Below, one piece after another: positions 29,670 to 45,881 of a DNA stretch of 64,000 bases. Each line of letters starts with the position of its first letter. Within the stretch, counting starts at the first letter, position 1. The DNA is taken from assembly GCF_009914755.1 (NCBI RefSeq), contig NC_060942.1, one strand, 5' to 3'. Under the pieces are notes generated by a model, which saw nothing but the letters and a program-made list of their open reading frames with translations, was not told where the DNA came from and did no database searches. The DNA is from the human T2T-CHM13v2.0 reference genome, Homo sapiens. Position numbers and translations under genes: made by a program.

Positions 29670-30303
29670 TTCAAAGCCACAAAATCCATAAAAAGTCTGA
29701 ACAAACATCTCACAAGTGAAGATGTACAAATATCCAATAAGTACATGAAAATACGTTCAACATTATATGTCATTATAGAACGGCAAATTACAAGAAGAAT
29801 GAGATGTCACTATACACCTACTAGAATGGCTAAAATTTAAATACTGACAAGACGGAATGCTTGCAAGAATGTGGAGCAACAGAAACTTCCATTCCTTGCT
29901 GATGGGCATAGAAAATGGCACACCACTTTGTAAAGCAGTTGCTTAAAAAACTAAACGTACTCTTACCATGTGATCCAGCAATTGCACTCTTAGGTATTTA
30001 TCCAAATGAGTTGAAAACTCATGTCCACATACAAACCTGCATGCAAATGATTATAGTAGCTTTATTCATACTCTCCCACCAAGCCACCAAGATGTGCTTT
30101 GACAGGAGAATAAGTGAATTGTGGTTCATCCATACAAAGGAATATTATTCAGTGATAAAAATAAATGAGCTATCAATGCACAGAAACACATGGAGAAATT
30201 TTAAATGCATATTGCTTAATAAAATAAGAAAGACTAAAAATAATGTATACATTATGATTTCAACAGTATGACATACTGGAATAAGCAAAACTATAAAGAC
30301 AGC

Positions 30304-30348
<45 letters not shown>

Positions 30349-30524
30349 ATATAGCAGTAATTGCCAGGGGTTTGAAAAGGAAGAAATGAATAAAGAGGTG
30401 GGGCCCAGAGGATTTTTAAGGTAGTAAAACTATTCTGTCTGATCCTATAATGGTGAATACTTGGCTTTACATATTTGTTAAAACTCAGAACAGTAGAGTG
30501 AACCCTAATGTAAACTATGGGCTT
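29670..30524 (+). mobile_element. L1MC (L1MC1-3-like) 3' part, left piece
   Basis: ORF2 C-terminal/3'UTR text ending gtgaaccctaatgtaaactatgggctt; continues after 36719. Confidence 0.85.
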
Positions 30525-31588
30525 GGAGGTCTGTTCCAAGATGGCCAAATAGGAACAGGTCTAGTCTGCAGCTCCCAGCGTGATCAATGAAGAAGATGGG
30601 TGATTTCTGCATTTCCAACTGAGGTACCTGGTTCATCTCACTGGGACTGGTTGGACAATGGGTGCAGCCCACGGAGGGCGAGCCGAAGCAGGACTGGGCA
30701 TTGCCTCACTCAGGAAGTGCAAGGGGTCGGGGGATTTCCCTTTCCTAGCCAAGGGAAGCCATGACAGACTGTACTAGGAAAGTCGGGAGACTGCCACCCA
30801 AATACTATGCTTTTCCAACGTTCTTAACAAACAGCACACCAGGAAGTTATATCCCACACCTGGCTCAGCAGGTTCCATGCCCACAGAGACTTGCTTACTG
30901 CTAGTGCAGCAGTCTGAGATCAAACTGCAAGGCAGCAGCCCAGCTGAGGGAGGGGCGTCCGCCATTGCTGAGGCTTGAGTAGGTAAACAAAGTGGCTGGG
31001 AAGTTTGAATTGGGTGGAGCCCACCGCAGCACAATGAGGCTTGCCTGCCTCTGTAGACTCCACCTCTGGGGGCAGGGCATAGCTGAACAAAAGGCAGCAG
31101 AAACTTCTGCAGACTTAAACATCCCTGTCTGACAGCTCTGAAGAGAGCAGTGGTTCTCCCAGCACTGTGTTTGAGCTCTGAGAATGGACAGACTGCCCAC
31201 TCAAGTGGGTCCCTGACCCCCATGTAGCCTAACTGGGAGACACCTCCCAGTAGGGGCAGAATGACACCTGATACGGCTGGGCACCCCTCTGAGACGAAGC
31301 TTCCAGAGGAAGAATCAGGCAGCAATATTTGCTGTTCAGCAATATTTGCTGTTCTGCAATATTTGCTGTTCTGCAGCCTCCGCTGGTGATACCAAGGCAA
31401 ATAGGGTCTGGAGTGGACCTCCAGCAAACTCCAACAGAACTGCAGCTGAGGGTCCTGACTGTTAGAAGAAAAACTAACAAACAGAAAGGAATAGCTTCAA
31501 CACCAACCAAAAGGAGATCCACACCAAAACCCAAACCCCATCTGTAGGTCACCATCATCAAAGACCAAAGGTAGATAAAACCACAAAG

Positions 31589-32614
31589 ATGGGGAGAAAC
31601 CAGAGCAGAAAAGCTGAAAATTCTAAAAACCAGAGCGCCTCTTCTCCTTCAAAGGATCGCAGCTCCTCGCCAGCAATGGAACAAAGCTGGATGGAAAACA
31701 ACTTTGACGAGTTCACAGAAGTAGGCTTCAGAAGGTTGGTAATAACACACTTCTCCGCGCTAAAGGAGGATGTTCAAACCCATCCCAAGGAAACTAAAAA
31801 CCTTGAAAAAAGATTAAAGAATACTTAACTAGAATAAACAGTGTAGAGAAGAGCTTAAAAGACCTCATGGAGCTGAAAACCATGGCACAAGAACTACATG
31901 ACACATGCACAAGCTTCAGTAGCCGATTCGATCAAGTGGAAGAAAGGGTATCAGTGATTGAAGATCAAATGTATGAAATGAAATGAGAAGAGAAGTTTAG
32001 AGAAAAAAAGACTAAAAAGAAACGAACAGAGCCTTCAAGAAATATGGGACTATGTGAAAGGATCAAATCTACATTTGATTGGTGTACTGAAAGTGACAGG
32101 GAGAATGGAACCAAGCTGCAAAACACTCTTCCGGATATTATCCAGGAGAACTTCCCCAACCTAACAAGGCAGGCCAGCAATCAAATTCAGGAAATACAGA
32201 AAACACCACAAAGATACTCCTCAAGAAGAGCAACCCCAAGACACATAATTGTCAGATTCACCAAGGTTGAAATGAAGGAAAAAAATGTTAAGGGCAGTCA
32301 GAGAGAAAGGTCGGGTAACCCACAAAGGGAAGCCCATCAGACTAACAGCTGATCTCTCGGCAGAAACTCTATAAGCCAGAAGAGAGTGGGGGCCAATATT
32401 CAACATTCTTAAAGAAAAGAATTTTCAACCCAGAATTTCATATCCAGCCAAACTAAGCTTCATAAATGAAGGAGAAATAAAATACTATATAGACAAGCAA
32501 ATGCTGAGAGATTTTGTCACCACCAGGCCTGCCTTACAAGAGCTCCTGAAGGAAGTGCTAAACATGGAAAGGAACAACGGGTACCAGCCAATGCAAAAAC
32601 ATGCCAAATTGTAA
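31589..32614 (+). pseudogene. L1 ORF1p, disrupted
   Basis: MGRNQSRKAENSKNQSASSP... then frameshifts/stops; fragment QENFPNLTRQ...RYSSRRATPRHIIVRFTKVE. Confidence 0.93.
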
Positions 32615-32677
32615 AGACCATCAATGCTAGGAAGAAACTGCATCAGCTAACAGGCAAAATAACCAGCTAACACCAAA

Positions 32678-36497
<3,820 letters not shown>

Positions 36498-36718
36498 ACA
36501 ATGAGAACACTTGGACACAGGGTGGGGAACATCACACACCAGGGCCTTTCATATGGTGGGGGGATGGGGAGGGATAATATTAGGAGAAATACCTAATGTA
36601 AATGAAGAGTTAATGGGCACTGCAAACCAAAATGACATGTGTATACATATTTAACAAACCTTCACGTCTTCGTGCATATGTACCCTAGAACTTAAAGTAT
36701 AATAAATAAATAAATAAA

Positions 36719-36912
36719 TAAACTATGGGCTTCAGTTAAAAAGTATCAATATCTGCTTGTCAATTACAACAAATGTAGCACACTAATGTAAGATGTTAAA
36801 AATAGGGGAAACTGTCAGTGGCAGAGAGAGAAGAAATCTGGAAGCTCTCTGTACTATCTGCTCAATTTTCTGTATAGCTGAAAGAGCTCTAAAAATAAAG
36901 TCTATTTTTAAA
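36719..36912 (+). mobile_element. L1MC 3' end, right piece
   Basis: aaactatgggcttcagtt...gatgttaaaaataggggaaactg...ctctaaaaataaagtctatt. Confidence 0.85.
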
Positions 36913-36914
36913 AA

Positions 36915-38815
36915 TATTTTAGCTTTATTTTAGAAACAGAGGGTACATGTATAGGAGTGTTACATGAGTATATTGGACCCAGATGGTGAGCATAGTAGCC
37001 AATAGGTAGTTTTTCAACTCATGCCGGGCTCCCTCTCTCCCACTTCTAGTAGTTCACTGTGTCTATTGTTCTCATGTTTACACCTATGTGTGCTCAATGT
37101 TTAGCTCTCACTTGTATGTGAGGACATGTGGCATTTGGTTTTCTGTTCCTACGTGAACTTGCTTAGGATTATGGCCTTATGGCCTCCAGCTCCATCCACG
37201 TGACTGCGAAAGACATGATGGCTTGCTATTTTTATTGTTGCATAGTATTTCACAGTGTGTGTATATACCACATTTTCTTTATCCAATCCACCACTGATGG
37301 GCATCTAGGTGGATTCCATGTTTTTGCCATTGTGAATAGCACAGTGACGAATGTGGGAATAAATGTGTCTTTTTGGTATAATGATCTATATTCCTTTTAG
37401 ATCTGTACCCATTATATACCCAGTAATTATATCGCTGGGTTGAATTGTAGCTCTATTTCAAGTTCGTTGAGAAATCTCCAAACTGCTTTTCACAGTGGCT
37501 GACCTAACTTACATTCCTACCAACAGTGTTTAAGCATTCCCTTTTCTCTGCAGCCTTGCCAGCATTAGTTGGTTTTTGACTTTTCAATAATAGCTATTCT
37601 AACTTGTATGAGATGGTATCTCACTGTGGTTTTGAGTTATATTTCTCTGGTGGTTAGTGACAATGAACATTTTTTATACGTTTGTTGGGTGCTTGTATGT
37701 CTTCTTTTGAGAAGTGTCTGTTCATGTATTTTACCCACTTTTTAAATTATACTTTAAGTTCTGGGATATATGAGCAGAACGTGCAGGTTTCTTGCATAGG
37801 TATAAACGTGCCATGGTGGTTTGCTGCACCCATCAACCCCTCATATACATTAGGTATTTCTCCTAATGCTATCCTTCCCCTAGCCCACCACGCCCCAACA
37901 GGCCCCAGTGTGTGATGTTTTTCTCCCTGTGTCCATGTGTTCTCGTTGTTCAACTCCCACTTATGAGTGAGAATATGCAGTGTTTGGTTTGCTGTTCCTG
38001 TGTTAGTTTGCTGAGAATGATGATTTCCAGCTTCATCCATGTCCCTGCAAAGAATATGAACTCATCCCTTTTAATGGCCGCGTAGTACTCCATGGTGTAT
38101 ATGTGCCACATTTTCTTTATCCAGTCTATCATTGATGGGCATTTGGGTTGGTTCCAAGTCTTTGCGATTGTGAATAGTGCTGCAATAAGCATATGTGTGC
38201 ATGTGTCTTTATAGTAGAATGATTTATAATCTTTTGGGTATATGCCCAGGAGTGAGATTGCTGGGTCAAATGGTATTCTGGTTCTAGATCCTTGACGAAT
38301 TGCCACACTGTCTTCCACAATAGTTGAACTAATTTACACTCCCACCAACAGTGTCAAAGTGTCTCTATTTCTCCACATCCTCTCTAGCATTTGTTGTTTC
38401 CAGACTTTTTAATGATTATCATTCTATCATGAGATTGTATCTCATTGTGGTTTTGATTTGCATTTCTCTAATGACCAGTGATGATGAGCTTTTTATCACG
38501 CTTACTGTCCACATAAATGTCTTCTTTTGAGAAGTGTGTGTTCATATCCTTTGCCCACTTTTTGACGTTTTTTTTTTCTTGTAAAATGTTTAAGTTCCTT
38601 GTAGATTCTGGATATTAGCCCTTTGTCAGATGAATAGATTGCAAAAATTTTCTCCCATTCTGTGGGTTGCCTGTTCACTCTGATGATAGTTTCTTTTGCT
38701 GTGCAGAAGCTCTTTTGTTTAATTTTATCCACTTTTAATGGGGCGGTTTGTTTTTTGATTGCAGATGTTTAAGTTCCCTATAGATTCTGGGTATTAGACC
38801 TTTGTTAGATGCATA
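36915..38815 (-). mobile_element. L1PA15/16-like 3' fragment, interrupted by a younger L1
   Basis: ttttagaaacagagggtacatgt...gtgagcatagtagccaataggtagtttttcaac; resumes at 38722. Confidence 0.85.
37743..38721 (-). mobile_element. 5'-truncated L1PA7/8-like element (~1 kb)
   Basis: ttatactttaagttctgggata...gtgccatggtggtttgctgcacccatcaac; 15-bp TSD atttta(c/t)ccactttt at 37728 and 38722. Confidence 0.9.
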
Positions 38816-38816
38816 A

Positions 38817-40035
38817 AAGGTGGAGAATTTATATTATCTGATAGCAAAATTTACTATGAAGTTACAATTATCAAGATAGTACAGTATTGGTATAAGGATA
38901 GACAGAATAGAGAGTTCAGAAATACTTCCACTCATAAGTAATCAATTGCTTTTCTACAAAAAAAACACACAGTTCTACACTTATGAGCCAAAACTATGAA
39001 ACTTCTAGATAAAACATGGGAGACTGTTTTGATGAACTTGGGTTATACCGAGATTTCTTCAAAAGGATGCGGAGAATACAAACCACAAAACGAAAAATGG
39101 TAAATCAACCTTCATCAAAATTTTAAAATTTACTCTTTAAAATAAACTATTAAGAAAATGAAAAAGCAAAATGTATGGAAGAGTAGTAGAACAAATATCT
39201 GGCAAACACGTATTTGATAAGGATTTGTATCTAGGCTATACAGCAAACATCAAAAACTCATTAGTATTCAAAATTTACTCAACTAAAAGTTGATTAATAC
39301 GTGGATAAAACTTTTAAAAAATGAGGATATGGCAAATAACACATAAAATGTGCTAACATGATTAGTCCTTAGAGAAATGCAAATTAAGATCACATTGAGA
39401 TACTACTACACACATTAAGAATTCTGAAGATGTCAAATATTGGCAAGGAATTGAAACAGCTGGAATTTTTACACTTTACTTTTGGGAATGAAAATAGCAC
39501 ATCAACTTTGGAAAACACTTTGGCAGTTGCTTCAACATTTAACCATGCATTTTTCATGTAACACAGCCACCTCACTCCTAGGTGTTTTCCCAAAATAAAT
39601 CATTCACAAAAGACTTATATTTGGATTCTCACACAGTTTTATTCATAGTAGTCCAAAACTGCAAGCCACCCAAATGCCTATCAGCTGGTGAAGGGAATCA
39701 AATTGTAAGATTGCCATATAGCCACTATTACTCAGTAATAAAAAAGAACGAACCATGGATGCATAGCAACCTGGATAAATCTAGAATGCATTATGGGAAG
39801 TGAAAAAGGTCAGTGACAAAAGTCCATATAATGCATGATTCAATTTATTTAGAATTCTGGAAAAGGCAAAATTATAGTAACAAAAAGAAGGCCAGAAACC
39901 TGGAATTGGTGCAGGGGATTAACTATCAGCATAAGAGATACATTTTAAGATTTATAAACATATTTGTCATGATTAATGAAATTGTATTCTTAAAAATTGG
40001 TGAATTTTTCTTGTATATAAATTATCCTGGATTTT
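38817..40035 (+). mobile_element. Old L1ME/L1MC ORF2-3'UTR fragment
   Basis: gttacaattatcaagatagtacagtattggt..., gcaacctggataaatctagaatgcattatg. Confidence 0.8.
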
Positions 40036-40199
40036 TAAGATCATACCTCCTTAGTTACATGAAAACTCCTAAGTTTTACACTGAAGAACTTCAAAGGCTA
40101 TGTCATTCCATTTATGTCTACCTTCTACATAATAAAACCTAGTCAAACTAGATGGTGCAGCTCTTCCCTAAACACACACTTTATTACCTTCATGAATTT

Positions 40200-40380
40200 G
40201 CACATGATATTCACACGTCTTTCATTTTACAGTTGGACATTAGAGATCTTATAGGCATATTTTAGAAGTAATAAATATTTCTCAAATAGAAAAAGTGACT
40301 GTGTAATGTCGCAAATCTAGTTATTTGCAGAGCCAAACTGAAATTCTGGTTTCCTGATTCCAAAGCAAATGCTTGCTGCC
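40200..40380 (-). mobile_element. MIR
   Basis: gcagagccaaactgaaattctggtttcctgattccaaag. Confidence 0.55.
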
Positions 40381-41479
40381 ATTGTGGGTCTTCCTTCACA
40401 CACTTGGAATCAAACACCCCATATTTCTACCTATCCTGTCAAACTGAGTTTCATGTAAAATATTATCTGGTAAGCATATGCAATGTTTCCCTATTTTTAA
40501 ACTGACCCACTGATTTCACTCAGATCATTTTTTCATCATTATTTTACCTTACTTTATACTAACGTATGTGCCTGTCTAAGCTCTCCATTAATCTATGAGT
40601 ATGAAGGCAGTGACATGTGTTGCTTTATTCCTGGAAATGCATTGAAAAATTGTTTTATTCCTTTCATGAAAGGATGTTGGGGGGAATTAATCAAATTAAT
40701 TCATCAGAGGAAGTATTTCTACTTAAAAAATAAGGGGACTGGCTCTGTCTGACGACTTGAATCATATGGATCAGGATATTTCCTGAAAAGTATTTGAACC
40801 CTGCCTAATATTTCAATGGTTTTGATGCAAAGAAAAAAAAACCTTTTCCAACATAAAAATTTAAATATATTTGTCTGATGAATCACAGATATTTAAAAAC
40901 CTTATATTCAAAAAATTAAACTAAATGGCAAAGCAGTGGACCCTGGTGAGCTGTATTCCTGCAGCAAAACTGGCTAGGAGAAACGGTTGGCCTGCATCCT
41001 TAGTCGTTTTTCCATGTAATGAATATTTCAGTTGTTTTATGCATACAATATTACATTGGCAAATGCTTGTTTAATGGACTGAAGCTAATGAAAATGGAAG
41101 CCATGAATGTGTCAACTCTGATCTTTTAGCTCTTACATTACCTGCATTTCCCCAAATGCTTCAAACAGACTTTTCCAGCGGTCCGTTAAAGCAGGTTAAG
41201 ATAATCTCCTTGTGAAATGGATGAAAGCTAAAAGAATGTCCAAAAGCAGAAGGTTATATCACTTAGATCTAGTAATCTGTTCTTCAGTAATCATGTGCAC
41301 TTGGATATACATCTGCCTTTGAAAATGTCAAACTCATTTTGGTCACAACATCATATTTTTTTCCACACATTTTGTATTTACTGAGATAACCTGAAAATTA
41401 GGCTTCCAAATCAACATAAGTAGTCTTTACGTACTTATTGAGAATGTGAAAGATGATTAAAAAAAAAAAACTGGAGAGA

Positions 41480-42420
41480 GACAATTGTTTGAAATTCCAG
41501 GAATTACATATTTGTGAACACAAAAAGTAGGTAGGAAAAGAAGCAGTGATTGTTGGGAGCTGGCATGGATTTACAAAAGTACATCATATCAGACTCATTT
41601 AATTGTTCACTTTGACCATGTTATTAGACTTATTTATATCACAAAAAGTATCTCAGAATTTTTTCATTGTGCAGTTTTACAACTTTTATTTAAAAGGAGA
41701 AGTTCTATACACTCTATGCAGTTGTAGATTAATAATGGAATAATTATGTTTAAAGAGTATTTGTTACTAGATTACTGTCAGCCTCAAGGATAGCCCTTGA
41801 CACTGTAACAGCAATGTTTTTTTCATAATCTGTATGACAGTAAAGAAGATATATGCTCAGGAAATCAGTGTGTCCTGATGTTGAAAAGGTGGGAGACTAT
41901 GTTAAATGACAAAATAAAAATCTCAAAAGATGATGTCAAGTCTGAGCAACAAACTCAGTCTAATGGCATGAGTTTAACAGGGATGAATGAGCTTTAAGAG
42001 AGCAAGTGAATTTTAAAAAGTCAACTCTTCAAGTTAAAGTGAGACAGATATGTAAAACCATAATCACATTGATAAACAATAAGCTCAATTCGAATCCACT
42101 TTGCCATGTGGCTACAAAAAAGAGGCTAATTATCTTTAGTTTATGTTAGAGTAAGCATGAAGATAACTAGAATAAAAAGTGTGAAAGTGATACTCTTCTC
42201 TGTGTAAGGGAAGGTAATTAAATGTAATGTACATTTAATTATTGGTGCTGTGCTTTATAGGACAAAAAGCTAATTGAGAATGACCAAAATGTTAGAAAGA
42301 TTGGAAACCATGCTCTCTGAGAAACAATTAAATGAATTAAAGAAGCTAGCCTTAGAAAGATGAGAGTCTGGCAGAAACACCATAGCAGCTTTAAAATAAA
42401 GAAATTTTGTGTGAAAACTT
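41480..42420 (+). mobile_element. L3/CR1 LINE fragment
   Basis: ggagctggcatggatttacaaaagtacatcatatcagac, gagtttaacagggatgaatg, ttggaaaccatgctctctgagaaacaattaaatgaatt. Confidence 0.7.
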
Positions 42421-42798
42421 GCAGTGGAGAATTTTAAGTTGTAAGAAATAATGTTGGACAGTACAGGCTTGTAAGCATAGAGTGTGAGGTTATCTTTGTA
42501 CTTAAATTTAAGAACAGTGCCCAGTAACTAGTCAAGTTTCAATAAATTGCTGTTGAATTTTTTTTTTAATGAAGAAGAAAAATAATCAAAGGAAATGAGT
42601 CCCCAGTTTTGTCATTATCCTAGGTGGAGACTACGGGCTGAGAAAAAGATGTCACAAAGACAAACTGCTGACCTTTAAGAAAACAATCTACAGTGATAAG
42701 TCCAAATGAATTAAACCAATCACAGTAACCCCAATTTTCTTGCCAATGTTTAATTGGTTTAGGAATGGGCAGCCTAAACCAACTTAGGACATTAAGTA

Positions 42799-43097
<299 letters not shown>

Positions 43098-43114
43098 TTA
43101 AGTAAAAACTAAAG

Positions 43115-43295
43115 AAATCCATTAGTTAATAATATCTTGGTTCATTAATTATAACAAATGTTCCACTCTAATGCAGGATACTAATATTAGAAGAACCAGG
43201 TTGTGGACTATATAGGAAATTCTGTATTATCTTCACAATTTTTGTGTAAATCCAAAACTGTTCTAAAATAAAAATGTATATAAAAAATGAAAAAA
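43115..43295 (+). mobile_element. L1MC/MD 3' end fragment
   Basis: ggttcattaattataacaaatgttccactctaatgcaggat...tgtaaatccaaaactgttctaaaataaaa. Confidence 0.75.
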
Positions 43296-44602
43296 AGTAG
43301 AGGTGAGATATAAACCAAATTAAATGATGAAATTGTAATAAAGCTGGGAATTTTTCAAAGATGAGATTCTACGAATTTTCAAAATTATTTTGACTTCTCA
43401 GTTAAGATGCTTTTAGAGTGAGCATTAAGTGGCAAGTAGCATAAGCATCCGAGAATCTGGACTGATTTTCGAGGACAGCCACAATATCCAAAATAGCAAA
43501 GGTTCCCCAAGCTTCCTAAGTATGACCTTTAAGGCTGCATCTTTGTTTCCACCAACCTGCTGCCAATCAAGCCAATGATAACTTCTTACAGAAACCTGGC
43601 TGTGAAGAACATCCCTTGCTGAGGAAGTGCATCTAGCTTGACTTAACTCAGCACATCCTCTGTGGGCTGATGTAAGTGTTTTGGGGCAGAAATTTATTTT
43701 GAATGGGAAGCTGGAACATAACTTTAAAGTTCATTTAAGAGAAAAAGTCTAGCCCCTTGTAAGTATGACATTGGTTTCATTTCCAATTCCATACCCAGCC
43801 AGCCCTCCAAAACACTATGTACTTTTTAAAAAAATGAGTTATTTATGGGTATAGTACTGATCAATAGAGATTATGGGGGGAGCTTAAGCCCTCTCAATCC
43901 ATTCACTCATTGATGCCCAAATTATTATAATCCCATATTCAAGACTGCCCTTAGCCTGGAGTCATTTTGGAAAAGATTTTATAATTTCTACCAAGATGTG
44001 GATGGTAGGAAATGACTAAATAACTTACCACTACCATGCACAATATCATTTTACGGCAACTTATATTAAATACACTGTTTTTAAACAAATGACTCTACTG
44101 ATGGACTCTACTGATGGAATTTGAGGCAATGGTTTTGAGCTATACAGAAATATTCTGGCATTGGAATTTATTTATCAATATACAACAAATTATTCCATTT
44201 TCTGTTTAATGAGAATCCTAAGGATCAGACTGATGGGATAGATATGTCTTTTTCAAAAGAATCAGAGTAAAATATCATCTTGTGAGACAACAGAATTTCT
44301 GATTTGGGAAATATCCTTAATGTTGAAACAAGAAAAGACTCCATATTTATATGAAGACATAAAATTTTCCCAAGCAGGTACTATAGTTATATATCCATCT
44401 GTGTATTTTAATTCCTCAACTGAAAAATATGTTTTTACTCTGAAATAAAATTTATAATGTTTAACTACTTTAGAAAAAAACGTTTTTAACATGAATTCCC
44501 TTATATTTCAGGATCCTTAAGTGTGGGTGTCCTGACACCATGTACATTCATTTTATGTGAATTAATTAAAAATTTTTTCTGGTTTCTTAGAACAACAAAC
44601 AA

Positions 44603-44603
44603 C

Positions 44604-44634
<31 letters not shown>

Positions 44635-44635
44635 C
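44603..44635. repeat. (TTTA)n microsatellite
   Basis: Read directly. Confidence 0.92.
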
Positions 44636-44889
44636 TGTGAGAAGCAAATTAACCAAATGGATCTGTATTATCTAAGTGCATCTTTAGTTTGAAAGAAATT
44701 CAGACCAAGTGGACTACACAAGGCCATTTTTTTACATAATTGTGAAGCTGTAAAATTATTCAACGATATGCCACATATATTTCAGTGCTTGTCTCCCTTC
44801 TATGAGTCAATTTACCCAAGAAAATGAAGAAAAACTAGGTAGTACCCCTGGCCCATTTCTCTTACTCCCTCAAAACAGATACACATGCA

Positions 44890-44892
<3 letters not shown>

Positions 44893-44926
<34 letters not shown>
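44893..44926. repeat. (AC)n microsatellite
   Basis: Read directly. Confidence 0.95.
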
Positions 44927-44929
<3 letters not shown>

Positions 44930-45854
44930 TCAAATCCTATATGTGACCCAACCTCTAGATTTTTCTCAACTTAAACTTTTAGCTGTATCCTCCTTAATTG
45001 TTACTTAGAAGAATAGTAAGTTAATAATAGTTAAATAGAGATTACTACATATGTATCTTCACAATTTACTATGTAAATCTATTAGGCCAAGGGATTTATA
45101 ATTTAAGGAGGAAGTGTGATGATGATAACTTAAGGTGTAAACAGAATAAGATGTGTGGAATTTCAGAGAATACCTCAGTGTTCTTAAAATCTCATTTAAG
45201 CAGTCTCCTGTGTGTCAGAGCTGGGATACACAATGGGGCTTGAAAAGGCAGTGGGGTTTTCTCTAAGAGAAGCTAAAAAGTTAAAAGCTGTTTTTTTCTG
45301 AATTGCTTTCATTGTCTGACCACTGATTTTTATATCACTCTCACCGTGTGGTTGTTTTGTTCCCTTCCATGCTATTAGTGTGAAGCAATAGAGCCCACCT
45401 CATTAAAGGGATCTATTCAAGTCCAACCTCACCCATAAGTAGAACAGACAATATTTAGGAGCATCAGAAAAACTGATGCTTCCCCAAATGGCTTTTCTAA
45501 TCCACTTCAACCATATTTTCAGAAAAAAAAAAATTCTACTGTAGAACCAGAACTCAGGCATAATATGTTAAATTATTTAAAATGTCCATGAAGTAGTAAC
45601 ACGATCCTAACTTCACAATGATGGAAAACTAACCAAATGATTAATGCAGTGCCATAGGGATAGGTGAGAGATAACGGAAATTGATTACATGTAATTAAGA
45701 AATTAAATATCTCAAATTTCATTTTTATCCAGACGTCCAAGAGGCAAACGAGGCCGATACTGGATTTATACTCCTCTAGTCATTGGACATGAGATGTCTC
45801 CATTTACACATTTTGACTAACATAACTGGACAAATGATTTCTTTTCTATTGCAG

Positions 45855-45881
45855 ATGAAGTAAGAAAAATGGCTATTTCAT
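45855..45881 (+). other. Candidate 27-nt microexon
   Basis: Branch-point-like gactaac at 45815-45821, AG-free pyrimidine tract tttcttttctattgcAG, donor CAT|GTAAGA at 45882. Confidence 0.25.

Noticed and set aside
30774-31561. 217-aa and other antisense ORFs in the L1 5'UTR as novel proteins
   Set aside because: They are antisense read-through of the GC-richer L1 5'UTR; the 217-aa frame has a non-ATG start and its repeated RTANIAEQQ-like peptide only reflects the 17-bp triplication
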